Below, in pieces: positions 1-9,519 of a stretch of 64,000 bases of DNA. Below the pieces are notes generated by a model. The model had not been told where the DNA came from. It was given only the letters and a program-made list of their open reading frames with translations, and did not search any database. The stretch covers positions 64,144 to 128,143 of the forward strand of contig CAILDB010000014.1 in assembly GCA_903832855.1 (NCBI GenBank). Direction: 5' to 3'. Source of the stretch: an uncultured bacterium (GTDB lineage Bacteria > Patescibacteriota > Minisyncoccia > Phycocordibacterales > GWA1-40-21). The position numbers and the translations under genes were made by a program. Within the stretch, counting starts at the first letter, position 1. Each line of letters opens with the position of its first letter.

Positions 1-8
1 AACACAAA

Positions 9-1226
9 ATGAAATTTAAATATAAAGCAATAAGAAATGGAAATGATATTTATGAAAGTGTCAGGGAATCTGCCGATAAATTTTCATTAAATAGTGAGCT
101 CAAATCAGAAGGGGAGACACTTATTAGTGCCACACCTGCAGATTCTTCATCTTTTGCTGTTGGATTTAGAAAATTTTCCAATATTTTCAACACAGTTCCT
201 GTCCATCAGAGAATAATTTTTGCAAAAAATCTTGGGGCGATGATAAAAGCGGGGCTCTCAATTTCAAAAGCGCTTTCTGTACTTGAGAAACAAATTCAAA
301 ACAAAAAATTTAAAGGAATAATTTCCTCAGTCAATTTAGACATTAAAAAAGGAAAAAGTTTGAGTGACGCATTGAAGTCATATCCAAATGTTTTTTCTGA
401 ACTTTTTATCGCAATGGCAAAAGCCGGAGAGGAGAGTGGAAATCTAGCCGAATCACTGAGAAATGTTGGTGACCAAATGGAAGGTACCTACAAATTAAAA
501 TCAAAGATTAGGGGTGCGATGATGTATCCATCAGTTATTTTGATTATCATGCTTATAGTCGGTATTTTGATGATGATTTTTGTTGTGCCTGGAATCATTG
601 CTACATTCAGAGATTTAAATACCGAGCTTCCGGCATCTACAAATGTGATTATCGCTTTGAGCGATTTCTTTAAGTATCACTATTTGGCGGCTCTTCTGAT
701 TATTATTGTCTTAGCAATTGTCGGATACCTTTTTGCTCTTTCAAAAGTTGGAAAAAGATTTTTTGATACACTTATTTTAAGACTTCCTGTAATATCAAAT
801 CTTTCAAAAGAAATAAATTCCGCGAGAACTGCAAGGACCTTGTCTTCACTTTTGTCTTCCGGAGTTCCTTTCGCTGAAGCTATTACAATCATCGGAAATG
901 TAGTGCAAAACAGTTATTTTAAAAATATTTTACTTGATGCAAAAGCCCGCGTAGAAAAAGGTGAAAATATTTCTGCAGTCTTTTTGGAAAATACAAAACT
1001 TTATCCAATATTTTTAGGAGAGATGATAAACGTCGGTGAAGAAACAGGTAAAATGCCGGAAATGCTTATGGAAGTAGCGCTTTTTTATGAAGAATCCGTA
1101 GATCAAAAGACAAAAGATATGTCTACAATTATCGAGCCAGTCCTTATGGTTCTCATTGGTGCTGCTGTAGGATTCTTTGCGATTTCAATGGTAACTCCAA
1201 TTTATTCTGTAATGGATAAAATTTAA
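9..1226 (+). CDS. pilC: Type IV pilus assembly platform protein PilC / T2SS GspF family
   Basis: Two GspF-type repeats (AMAKAGEESGNL and GEMINVGEETGKMPEML) and three TM segments; followed by prepilin genes. Confidence 0.85.
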   Translation: MKFKYKAIRNGNDIYESVRESADKFSLNSELKSEGETLISATPADSSSFAVGFRKFSNIFNTVPVHQRIIFAKNLGAMIKAGLSISKALSVLEKQIQNKKFKGIISSVNLDIKKGKSLSDALKSYPNVFSELFIAMAKAGEESGNLAESLRNVGDQMEGTYKLKSKIRGAMMYPSVILIIMLIVGILMMIFVVPGIIATFRDLNTELPASTNVIIALSDFFKYHYLAALLIIIVLAIVGYLFALSKVGKRFFDTLILRLPVISNLSKEINSARTARTLSSLLSSGVPFAEAITIIGNVVQNSYFKNILLDAKARVEKGENISAVFLENTKLYPIFLGEMINVGEETGKMPEMLMEVALFYEESVDQKTKDMSTIIEPVLMVLIGAAVGFFAISMVTPIYSVMDKI

Positions 1227-1228
1227 TT

Positions 1229-1690
1229 ATGTTTTTTAAGAAAGGATTTTCTTTGATGGAGGTTATGGTAAGCATAGCAATAATGCTTGTGATTATTGGC
1301 ATTTCTACTCGCGTCTTCCAAAACACAAATAAAAATCAAGCCCTTGAAAAAGCAGTCACGAGCGCGGTTTCATTTATAAATGGTACGAGATCCCTCGCAC
1401 TTTCCTCAAAAGAATTTTGTAGTTATGGAGTGAATATTTCAACAACAAGCAACTCAATATCTTCTTTTATTGTTTCTGATCCAAACTGTACTTCTAATTT
1501 TTCATCCACATCTCTATCATTCAATACTTTCGGAGTTACATTGGCTACCACTAGTATAAATTTGGTCACTTTTGCAAAAGTTACCGGAGACGCATCAAAT
1601 TCAGGATGGTTTAAACTTCAACTAAAGAATGATTCGACTAGTTCCACGACGGTCACCGTTTATTCTACAGGACTTATAGAAACCAAATAA
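1229..1690 (+). CDS. Prepilin-type N-terminal cleavage/methylation domain pseudopilin (Ser/Thr-rich)
   Basis: N-terminus KKG|FSLMEVMVSIAIMLVII has the class III signal peptide with Glu at +5. Confidence 0.6.
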   Translation: MFFKKGFSLMEVMVSIAIMLVIIGISTRVFQNTNKNQALEKAVTSAVSFINGTRSLALSSKEFCSYGVNISTTSNSISSFIVSDPNCTSNFSSTSLSFNTFGVTLATTSINLVTFAKVTGDASNSGWFKLQLKNDSTSSTTVTVYSTGLIETK

Positions 1691-1691
1691 A

Positions 1692-2180
1692 ATGAAAAGA
1701 AATTATAAAAAAGGAGCTGCACTTGCGGAAGTATTGGTTGCTGTTTTTATTTTTTCTGTGATTTTGATGGTTTTAATTTCCGCAAATAATCTTTATTTAA
1801 AATCAGCAAGTTCAAATATTTCTTCTGCACAGGCTGCATATCTTGCCGAAGAGGGAATTGAAGCAATACATACTATTAGGGATAGATCATGGACAAGCTT
1901 TTACGCACTTTCTACTACAACTGATTTATATCTATATTTTTCTGCGACTTCATCGTCATGGAATTTATCTTCGTCAGCTACCTCAACAGGAATATTTACA
2001 AGAAAAATAAGAATTTATCCAGTACTGAGAGATAATACAAGCCATCAAATTTCAACTTCTACAATAAATACCACAAATGATATAAATACCAGATATGCCT
2101 CTTCTAGTGTATCTTGGCTTGATGGCGGTAAGACAAAAAGCAATTCTTTAACCGCATATTTTTCTAACTTAGAAAATTGA
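1692..2180 (+). CDS. Prepilin-type pseudopilin (PilV-like)
   Basis: KKG|AALAEVLVAVFIF prepilin motif; translationally coupled to neighbours. Confidence 0.55.
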   Translation: MKRNYKKGAALAEVLVAVFIFSVILMVLISANNLYLKSASSNISSAQAAYLAEEGIEAIHTIRDRSWTSFYALSTTTDLYLYFSATSSSWNLSSSATSTGIFTRKIRIYPVLRDNTSHQISTSTINTTNDINTRYASSSVSWLDGGKTKSNSLTAYFSNLEN

Positions 2181-2644
2181 TTATGAAAATAAATAAAAAA
2201 AACGGATACACACTGGTAGAGATGGTTGTCTATGTAGCAATAGTTGCTTTGGTAATGACTGCTATTGTGGGTGTGATATTAGGAATTGCAAAATCAAGTA
2301 AATATGTGGGAGCATTAAACGAAATAGAAAATTCCGCGATACTTTCTTTGAGTAAAATTTCCAGAGAGGCGAGGTCTGCGTCTTCTACAAATCTTGTGAG
2401 TGCATCATCTAGCGTGAGTTTTGGAACGACAACAATATATTTAAACTCGGGCAGAATTTACCTCAATGATTCCACAAGACCGCTAACTTCTTCAAAAGTA
2501 AATGTTTCTAACTTACTTTTTACTCCAATAATATCTACAACTTCAAAAGCGATTAAAATTGATATGACACTCAATGCAACTTCCTCCGAAAAAGTAATTT
2601 CAAAAGTTTTCAATACAACGACAGTTTTGAGGGGCGTAAATTAA
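2177..2644 (+). CDS. Prepilin-type pseudopilin
   Basis: KNG|YTLVEMVVYVAIVALV prepilin motif; 4-nt overlap with upstream gene. Confidence 0.55.
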   Translation: MIMKINKKNGYTLVEMVVYVAIVALVMTAIVGVILGIAKSSKYVGALNEIENSAILSLSKISREARSASSTNLVSASSSVSFGTTTIYLNSGRIYLNDSTRPLTSSKVNVSNLLFTPIISTTSKAIKIDMTLNATSSEKVISKVFNTTTVLRGVN

Positions 2645-2651
2645 ATTCAAA

Positions 2652-3947
2652 ATGAGAATTAAAAATAAAAAAGAATTAGAAAAAGGCCAGGTAATGATTC
2701 TCACTGCAATATTTTTTGTGGCGTTTAGTTCAATCGTTATTTTTGGTTTTGTCACACCGATGATAAAGCAGACAAAAATAACTTCTGATCTCTGGGATAC
2801 AAAAAAATCTTTTTATTTAGGTGAGTCGGGGGCAGAAAATGTTACCTTCTTAGTGAAAAAAGGTTTTGACATAAGTTTGAATAATATGTTGCCTTTGATA
2901 AATGCTAAAAGTGGCGATTCCGTTTTTTCTACTACGACCGTTAATCCATTAGATGGAAGTAAAACTGTGATTACCACATCACATATCAATGGTTATACCA
3001 GAAAAACACAGGTCACTCTTGTCCCAGGCACCGGTGCATCTTTTTCCTATGGAATTCAGACTGGCACAGGTGGGCTCACTATGGACGGAGGGCAAATAAA
3101 TGGGAATGTTTATTCTGCCGGAGATATTATTATAACAAGATCAGGCCCAAAAATTACTGGTTCTGCTGTTGTTTCTGGTAATGGAAAAATTCAAGGTTAT
3201 AATGTAAATAATAAATTAAGTATTGGGACTGGTGATATCGGAGACGCATACGCTCATACAGTCAATTCTGCAAATGTTGCAGGAAATTTAAAATGTCAAA
3301 GTGGAACAGGCAATAATAAAAGTTGCAATACAAGTTTCCCAGATCCTGCAAGTGCTCCTTTCCCTATTTCTGATTCAAGTATAAGTAATTGGGAAGCGGA
3401 AGCGCTTGCAGGTGGAACAATCGGTACTTTTGATGCCGGTACATACAAAACATGGTTTCTCGGACCAAAGAAAATTAATGGAAATCTACTTTTGAGTGGG
3501 AGTTCTGTCGTAAATGTCACAGGGACTCTCTGGGTAACTGGGAATATTATTTTTGATGGAAATTCAAAATTAAATCTTTCTTCTTCATATGGCGCAAGTA
3601 GCGGGGTAGTGGTCGCTGATGGAAAAGTTGTCATTCCAAATAGTTGTTCTGCAAATGGCTCCGGAATATCTGGAAGCTATCTAATATTAGTATCAAATAG
3701 TACTCTTGACGGCACAGGCGGAACCTATGCCATAAAAACAACCGGTTCTGCCGGGTCAATGGTTTTGAATGCTCAAAAAGGGGCGATTTATTTTAATGGA
3801 AGTGCATCTGCAAATCAAGTCACAGCCAATAAAATTGTAATAGACGGCGGTACAATTAATTATCAAAATGGTTTAGTCAGTCCTTCTTTTGTAAGTGGCC
3901 CCTCCGGTTCATTTAATATCACAAGTTGGAAAGAGTTGGAGAACTAA
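2652..3947 (+). CDS. Membrane-anchored Gly/Thr/Asn-rich pilus-associated protein (PilX-like?), hypothetical
   Basis: N-terminal hydrophobic anchor; last gene of the pilin operon; low-complexity beta-rich sequence. Confidence 0.4.
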   Translation: MRIKNKKELEKGQVMILTAIFFVAFSSIVIFGFVTPMIKQTKITSDLWDTKKSFYLGESGAENVTFLVKKGFDISLNNMLPLINAKSGDSVFSTTTVNPLDGSKTVITTSHINGYTRKTQVTLVPGTGASFSYGIQTGTGGLTMDGGQINGNVYSAGDIIITRSGPKITGSAVVSGNGKIQGYNVNNKLSIGTGDIGDAYAHTVNSANVAGNLKCQSGTGNNKSCNTSFPDPASAPFPISDSSISNWEAEALAGGTIGTFDAGTYKTWFLGPKKINGNLLLSGSSVVNVTGTLWVTGNIIFDGNSKLNLSSSYGASSGVVVADGKVVIPNSCSANGSGISGSYLILVSNSTLDGTGGTYAIKTTGSAGSMVLNAQKGAIYFNGSASANQVTANKIVIDGGTINYQNGLVSPSFVSGPSGSFNITSWKELEN

Positions 3948-3995
3948 AAATTTCAAAGGTTGAATAAAAATCGTTTTTGAGCTATAATTTTTAAA

Positions 3996-5186
3996 ATGGA
4001 AAAAGAACCAAAATCTATGCTAAATATCTCGGCAGTCACCATGGTCAAATTTATTTTGATTATTTTGGGATTTTACTTTTTGTTTTTTATTCGGGACATA
4101 ATCGTGGTGGTGCTTGTTGCAATTGTTATTGCTTCTGGCGTTGAGCCGTTTATTTTATGGTGTGGTAAATACAGAATAGTTAGATTGCCGGCAGCCATTA
4201 TTACTTACCTAGGACTCATTGGAATTTTTGCCGGATTATTTTATTTTTTTATTCCTTCCGTTTTAAACGAAACATCCTCCTTTCTTACTTCATTGCCAAA
4301 ATATCTTGAATCAACAACTCTTTGGAATCCTTCAGGTGCAAGCAGTGAAATAATTACAAAGTCACAGCAAGTCGTCAGTGGTATTTCTAGTGGAATAAAT
4401 AATCCTGGCGCTTTGGTCTCAGGACTTGGTACAACTGTTAGTGATAAAACATCAAGTGAGACAGTAGTGAGTACCTCTTTTGGCCTCAAGGATTTAATAG
4501 CAGGAGTTCAACAGCTTGCTTCCGGTGCGTCGGATAGTTTTATCAAAACTGTCAGTGCTATTTTCGGAGGACTTTTCTCTTTTGTTTTAATAATCGTTTT
4601 GTCTTTTTACCTTGTTGTGCGTGAAGACGGAGTTGCTGACTTTCTCGGTCTTATCACTCCTGCAAATAAAGAGAAATACATCATTGGTCTTTGGAAAAGG
4701 TCACAAAAGAAAATCGGTCTGTGGATGCAAGGGCAATTTGTTTTGATGCTTACTATCAGCGTTCTCGTATATCTTGGACTTACGATTTTGGGCGTCAAAA
4801 ACGCTTTGATGCTTGCCCTTCTCGCTGGAATGCTTGAAATCATTCCACTTTTTGGCCCAGTCCTTGCCTCCATACCTGCCATTCTTTCGGCTTTTGTGGA
4901 CGGTGGCGTGACGGCATCTTTTATTGTTATTGGTCTTTATGTCATAATTCAGCAATTTGAAAATCATCTCATCTATCCTCTTGTTGTAAAAAAGATTGTT
5001 GGTGTTTCACCGGTAATCGTTATACTTTCTTTGATTATTGGTGCAAAACTTGCAGGATTTTTGGGAATTGTTTTGTCCGTACCTATTATTTCAGCCCTAA
5101 TGGAACTTATTGAAGATGTTGAAAAAAAGAAAAGGGGTTCTATGGAATATATTGAATCAACAAGTGCCGGCCCTGATAAAAAATAA
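3996..5186 (+). CDS. AI-2E family transporter (PerM/UPF0118) with Ser/Thr-rich inserted loop
   Basis: Multiple TM helices; conserved C-terminal IIPLFGPVLASIPAIL motif of the AI-2E family. Confidence 0.7.
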   Translation: MEKEPKSMLNISAVTMVKFILIILGFYFLFFIRDIIVVVLVAIVIASGVEPFILWCGKYRIVRLPAAIITYLGLIGIFAGLFYFFIPSVLNETSSFLTSLPKYLESTTLWNPSGASSEIITKSQQVVSGISSGINNPGALVSGLGTTVSDKTSSETVVSTSFGLKDLIAGVQQLASGASDSFIKTVSAIFGGLFSFVLIIVLSFYLVVREDGVADFLGLITPANKEKYIIGLWKRSQKKIGLWMQGQFVLMLTISVLVYLGLTILGVKNALMLALLAGMLEIIPLFGPVLASIPAILSAFVDGGVTASFIVIGLYVIIQQFENHLIYPLVVKKIVGVSPVIVILSLIIGAKLAGFLGIVLSVPIISALMELIEDVEKKKRGSMEYIESTSAGPDKK

Positions 5187-5188
5187 AA

Positions 5189-6649
5189 ATGTCTGACAAA
5201 AAACTCTTCTACATAACTACTACTCTCGCATATGTAAATGCCGAAGCACATATGGGGCATGCTCTTGAATTTATTCGTGCGGATGTTATCGCCAGATACA
5301 AAAAACTTGAGGGTTTCGAAGTATTTTTTAATACTGGCTCGGATGAGCATGGGCAGAAACTTTATCAAAAAGCGCTTGAAGAGGGGAAGACACCAAAAGA
5401 GTTTACTAGTTTTTATGCCGATAAATTTAAAAAGCTTATGGGGCTTCTTGGTATTACGGAAGAAGAGGGAATTACAAGAAATTTCATCAGAACTACAGAC
5501 GAAAACCACATAAAATCAGCACAGGAATTTTGGAAAATTTGCGACAAAAACGGTTTTATTTACAAAAAGAATTATCAAGTGAAATATTGCGTGGGTTGTG
5601 AACTTGAAAAGACGGATTCGGACTTGGTAGATGGTAAATGCCCAGATCATCCGAACAGTGAGCTTGAAATCCGCGAGGAAGAAAATTATTTTTTCAAATT
5701 TTCCGCCTTCGGCGATAAACTTTTGAAACTTTACAAAGAAAATCCTACTTTTGTTATTCCCGATTTTAGATTTAATGAAATAAAAGCTTTTGTGGAAAGA
5801 GGTTTGCAGGATTTTAGTATTTCTCGTCTCAAATCCAAAATGCCTTGGGGGATAGAGGTACCAAACGACAGTGAACATATAATGTATGTTTGGTTTGATG
5901 CACTTGTAAACTATGTCACTGCTATCGGCTGGCCGGAAGATATGAAAAAGTATGAAAAATGGCAAGTGGAGACAGGTGGAATGGTGCAATACTGCGGAAA
6001 AGACAATCTTCGTCAGCAGTCTGCAATGTGGCAGGCAATGCTTATGGCTTGTGGCCTTTCAAATTCAAAAACAATTGTGATAGATGGTTTTGCAACGGGT
6101 CCGGGGGGGATAAAAATGAGTAAGTCGCTTGGCAATACTGTGAGTCCCGTTGAACTTGTAGAAAAATACAGCACAGATGCTTTGAGATATTTTGTTACGA
6201 GGGAACTCAGTACTTTTGAAGACAGTCCGGTATCTCCAGAAATTTTCAAAGAATCTTACAATGCAAATCTTGCAAATGGTCTGGGAAATCTTACGAGTAG
6301 AATTATGAAAATGGCAGAAACAAATTTGGATAAACCTGTGGAAATTTCAGAGAAAACAATTCCTCAAGAATTTTACGACTATCTTGAAAAATTTGAAATA
6401 CAAAAAGCCACAAATTTAATTTGGCAAAAGATTTCCGAGCTTGATAAATTGATTCAAACTGAGCAACCTTTTAAACTTGTAAAGACAGATAAAGAGAAGG
6501 GAATTGAGATTATTGTGTCTTTTGTCAAGGGCCTTGACACCATCGCCGAAATGCTAAATCCGATAATGCCTGAGACATCAAAGAAAATAAAAGAATTAGT
6601 AAAAACAAATAAATCTCCAGAGAGGCCACTATTTTTAAGGGTGGAATAA
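5189..6649 (+). CDS. metG: Methionyl-tRNA synthetase
   Basis: Class I HMGH (HIGH-type) motif near the N-terminus, KMSKS motif (KMSKSLGN), CxxC zinc knuckle. Confidence 0.9.
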   Translation: MSDKKLFYITTTLAYVNAEAHMGHALEFIRADVIARYKKLEGFEVFFNTGSDEHGQKLYQKALEEGKTPKEFTSFYADKFKKLMGLLGITEEEGITRNFIRTTDENHIKSAQEFWKICDKNGFIYKKNYQVKYCVGCELEKTDSDLVDGKCPDHPNSELEIREEENYFFKFSAFGDKLLKLYKENPTFVIPDFRFNEIKAFVERGLQDFSISRLKSKMPWGIEVPNDSEHIMYVWFDALVNYVTAIGWPEDMKKYEKWQVETGGMVQYCGKDNLRQQSAMWQAMLMACGLSNSKTIVIDGFATGPGGIKMSKSLGNTVSPVELVEKYSTDALRYFVTRELSTFEDSPVSPEIFKESYNANLANGLGNLTSRIMKMAETNLDKPVEISEKTIPQEFYDYLEKFEIQKATNLIWQKISELDKLIQTEQPFKLVKTDKEKGIEIIVSFVKGLDTIAEMLNPIMPETSKKIKELVKTNKSPERPLFLRVE

Positions 6650-6659
6650 GTAAATAATT

Positions 6660-7493
6660 ATGAAAAACACAAAAATTTCAATATTTGAAGGTCAAAAAAT
6701 AAGAAAAGTTTGGGATGATAAAGAAGAAAAATGGTATTTTTCGGTTACAGATGCGTGCGGTGCTCTTACAGAGAGTGTTGATGCTGGAGCATATTGGAGG
6801 AAACTTAAACAAAGGCTCATTGAAGAAGGAAGTGAGGTCGTGACATTTTGTCACGGACTGAAATTAGAGGCTTCTGATGGTAAAAAATATGAAACTGATT
6901 GTGCCGACACAGAAGGAATTTTTCGTATTATTCAATCAATTCCTTCACCAAAAGCTGAGCCCTTCAAGCGTTGGCTTGCTCGAGTAGGATACGAAAGAGT
7001 AGAAGAAACAAATGACCCAGAATTGGCTATCAACCGAGCGCTGAATACATATTTGAAAAAAGGATATAGTCCTGAATGGGTCAATCAGCGATTAAAAAGT
7101 ATTGAGATAAGAAAAGATTTGACTGATGAGTGGCGAAAAAGAGGAGTGAAAGAGGGTTTGGAATTTGCCTTGCTCACAGATGAAATTACTTTTGCTTGGG
7201 CAGGAATTAAAACAAAACAATACAAAGAGCACAAAGGATTGAAGGCGGAAAGTTTGCGAGATAATATGACTAATCTTGAACTGGTTTTAAATATGCTTGC
7301 GGAAACTGCGACTACAGAAATATCTAAAAAAGTTGAGCCGAAAGATTTTTTGGAAAATACAAGAGTGGCACAGCAGGGTGGGGGAATTGCTGGCAATGCT
7401 CGTAAAAATTTAGAGGAAAAACTTGGTAGGAGTGTTATAAACAAACAAAAATTCTTACCAAAGAAAAATATTAGGATAGGTAAGGGGAATTAA
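6660..7493 (+). CDS. dinD: DNA-damage-inducible protein D-like (BRO-N domain protein)
   Basis: N-terminal Bro-N-like segment (IFEGQKIRKVWDDKEEKWYFSVTDACGALT); C-terminal half alignable to E. coli DinD (HKGLKAESLRDNMTNLELVLNMLAETATTE). Confidence 0.55.
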   Translation: MKNTKISIFEGQKIRKVWDDKEEKWYFSVTDACGALTESVDAGAYWRKLKQRLIEEGSEVVTFCHGLKLEASDGKKYETDCADTEGIFRIIQSIPSPKAEPFKRWLARVGYERVEETNDPELAINRALNTYLKKGYSPEWVNQRLKSIEIRKDLTDEWRKRGVKEGLEFALLTDEITFAWAGIKTKQYKEHKGLKAESLRDNMTNLELVLNMLAETATTEISKKVEPKDFLENTRVAQQGGGIAGNARKNLEEKLGRSVINKQKFLPKKNIRIGKGN

Positions 7494-7498
7494 TAAAA

Positions 7499-7525
7499 GG
7501 CCCCCGAATGCAGCATTCGGGGGCC
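7499..7525 (+). terminator. Intrinsic terminator hairpin (12-bp GC stem) after dinD-like gene
   Basis: ggcccccgaatg-cag-cattcgggggcc followed by a T-rich run. Confidence 0.6.
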
Positions 7526-7538
7526 TTAATGTTTAGTT

Positions 7539-7563
7539 GTCATTCCGGCGAAGGCAGGAATCC
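7539..7563 (+). repeat. Family-1 palindromic repeat unit (GTCATTCC-N-GGAATCC hairpin), intergenic
   Basis: gtcattccggcgaaggcaggaatcc; 8-bp stem; same family as copies at 7571, 27044, 27104, 27181, 36688, 40872, 43601. Confidence 0.75.
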
Positions 7564-7570
7564 ATCTTTT

Positions 7571-7595
7571 GGATCCCGACCTGCGTCGGGATGAC
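7571..7595 (-). repeat. Family-1 palindromic repeat unit, inverted copy
   Basis: ggatcccgacctgcgtcgggatgac is the reverse complement of the 27181 copy (gtcatcccgacgcaggtcgggatcc). Confidence 0.75.
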
Positions 7596-7717
7596 AAAAA
7601 ATATAGTCATTTCATTCCTTATTTTTTTGTCAGTTATCCACAGCCCCTCTCTTTTTGCATTTGCACTCTTTTCCCTCAACATATATAATATACTCAATGA
7701 AACTAAAATTTTTTAAA

Positions 7718-7732
7718 TCTCTCTCTCTCTCT
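7718..7732 (+). repeat. (CT)7 dinucleotide tract between the signal-peptide start codon (7697) and the body of the surface-protein gene
   Basis: tctctctctctctct; ATG at 7697 is in frame 2 and the body is in frame 1; removing one CT unit fuses them. Confidence 0.7.
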
Positions 7733-7818
7733 ACTCTCTATTAACTCTTGCAATAATTACTAGCATTGTCGTCTTTGCCGGTTCTCTCACTCCCTCTGCC
7801 AATACCACTCAAGGTACA

Positions 7819-9186
7819 ATGTACACTCTCAACGACATCTACCACCTCATAGCAAACAACACCCTAGCAACCGAAGGATTAAATCATGAACTCTCCACCA
7901 CTTCTTCTCCCTCTGTACCCACCTCCCACTCTATATCTGAAATCTACGCTGCTCTAGCTAATCTCCCCACCCAAGACAAACTCAAACCAGATTCCACTTA
8001 TTTAGGTGTCTCCCAGTCAGGTTCTGCTCCCACTCCAACCACCTTTACTCCCGCATCTCTTACACCCTCAGGCTCACCTTCAATCACAGGCTATACTCTA
8101 AACGACATCTGGAACCTTGCTACTACAAGTGGCACCAGACTCACATCCCCAAGTTCTCACTCTCTTTCCACTACCTCAGCACCTACAGGTACAATGCACA
8201 CACTCAAAGAAATTTACCTTGCTTTAGTCGCATATGGAGATGCTCATAAATCTGATGTTCTAAATACCACAACTTACCTTGGAACATTAGGAACCTATGT
8301 CCCAACTCACACAGTTACTTTTGATGCTAATACGGGTACGGGGTCCATGTCTGCTCAAACAATTGCGGAAGGGGCCTCAGCTAATTTAACCTCCAACACC
8401 TTTACTAAAACAGGTAACAACTTTTCCGGTTGGGCCACAACTGCCGGCGGAGTTGTTGCTTATGCTGATGCCGCCAGCTATACCATGGGCTCATCGAATG
8501 TGACGCTGTATGCCAAGTGGGCTATAAATTACACAGTTACCTTTGATGCCAATACCGGCAGTGGTTCTATGTCTCCACAAACAATTGCGGAAGGGGCTTC
8601 AGCTAATCTGACGGCCAACACCTTTACCAAAACAGGTAACACCTTTGCGGGCTGGGCCACAACTGCCGGCGGAGATGTCGCCTATGCTGATACGGCCAGT
8701 TATACCATGGGCTCATCGAATGTGACGCTGTATGCCAAGTGGACAGCCGTAGTAGATGCTTGTGGCGTGAGTGGTGATGCAACGGATCTGGATTGTTGGT
8801 CTATGGGATCTCCGATCTCTATGGCTTGGGGGCCCAACCCATCATACCCTGGTGTTTCAACTGATATCGGTCTTTCAAACGGTAAAGCCAATACGGATGT
8901 TTTAATGGCAGCAGAATCTGCATATTCCGAGTCATATCCTGCCGCTCACTATTGCGCTACTTTAGACGATGGTACTCATCCTGTTGGTACGTGGTATCTG
9001 CCATCTTATGCTGAACTATGGGCTGGTTATGGCGCTGTCCCGGGATTTATGGGCGACGCTTATTGGTCTTCTACTGAGTGGTCACAAATGTCAGACACAT
9101 GCGCCTGGGCGTTGTACCCGGGCCTCAACGATATTTACGGCGCCAGTAAGGACACACCGCCGTACAATGTCCGTTGTCTCCGCTAG
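7819..9186 (+). CDS. Surface protein with tandem Listeria-Bacteroides (InlB B-type) repeats and C-terminal DUF1566 (Lcl-like) domain; probable true start at 7697 via CT-tract frameshift
   Basis: Two ~70-aa repeats TVTFDANTG.GSM..QTIAEGASANL...YAKW; C-terminus WYLPSYAELW...YWSST...NVRCLR; three YTLNDIY-type N-terminal repeats; GC-richer than neighbours. Confidence 0.7.
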   Translation: MYTLNDIYHLIANNTLATEGLNHELSTTSSPSVPTSHSISEIYAALANLPTQDKLKPDSTYLGVSQSGSAPTPTTFTPASLTPSGSPSITGYTLNDIWNLATTSGTRLTSPSSHSLSTTSAPTGTMHTLKEIYLALVAYGDAHKSDVLNTTTYLGTLGTYVPTHTVTFDANTGTGSMSAQTIAEGASANLTSNTFTKTGNNFSGWATTAGGVVAYADAASYTMGSSNVTLYAKWAINYTVTFDANTGSGSMSPQTIAEGASANLTANTFTKTGNTFAGWATTAGGDVAYADTASYTMGSSNVTLYAKWTAVVDACGVSGDATDLDCWSMGSPISMAWGPNPSYPGVSTDIGLSNGKANTDVLMAAESAYSESYPAAHYCATLDDGTHPVGTWYLPSYAELWAGYGAVPGFMGDAYWSSTEWSQMSDTCAWALYPGLNDIYGASKDTPPYNVRCLR

Positions 9187-9267
9187 CCCCAGTAACCAGA
9201 CAAGGACTGTCCTTGTAGATAGGGCAATAATGGGGTCAGCCACCATTTCATTAAATTATAAAAAACC

Positions 9268-9423
9268 ATGAGCACAATATCAGCACCACTACCACCTATC
9301 CTAGATGAATTTGTAAAAAGGATGGTTAAAGAAGGAAAAGCCCACAACAAAGCAGATGTTGTGCGTAAAGCTTTGGAGCTTCTGGAAGAGAAAGATAAGC
9401 AATCGGATAAGAGCAAGAATTAG
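9268..9423 (+). CDS. Small ribbon-helix-helix protein (ParD/CopG antitoxin-like), orphan
   Basis: 51-aa ORF not in the ORF track; ...VKRMVKEGKAHNKADVVRKALELLEEKDK resembles RHH antitoxins; followed by two hairpins. Confidence 0.4.
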   Translation: MSTISAPLPPILDEFVKRMVKEGKAHNKADVVRKALELLEEKDKQSDKSKN

Positions 9424-9473
9424 GGCCTACGGCAAGGTCAGACCTTGCCATAAGAACTTGTAAATTAGTCAAA

Positions 9474-9497
9474 GGCCCCGCGTTCTGACGCGGGGCC
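9474..9497 (+). terminator. GC hairpin terminator (ggccccgcg-N6-cgcggggcc family)
   Basis: Same 9-bp stem as the hairpins at 28196 and 53578. Confidence 0.55.
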
Positions 9498-9519
9498 TTT
9501 GTGATATAATTACAGAAAT

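Noticed and set aside
4973-5509. Minus-strand 178-aa ORF spanning the AI-2E/metG junction
   Set aside because: Antisense to two well-supported genes; no motifs.
6660-7493. Prophage call based on the BRO-N/DinD-like gene
   Set aside because: A single Bro-N gene with no integrase, capsid, terminase or att sites nearby. It is more likely a chromosomal DinD-like damage-inducible gene.
8300-8760. Possible diversity-generating retroelement (template/variable repeat pair) in the adhesin gene
   Set aside because: Differences between the two repeats are not adenine-specific, no reverse transcriptase is nearby, and both repeats are in-frame protein modules.
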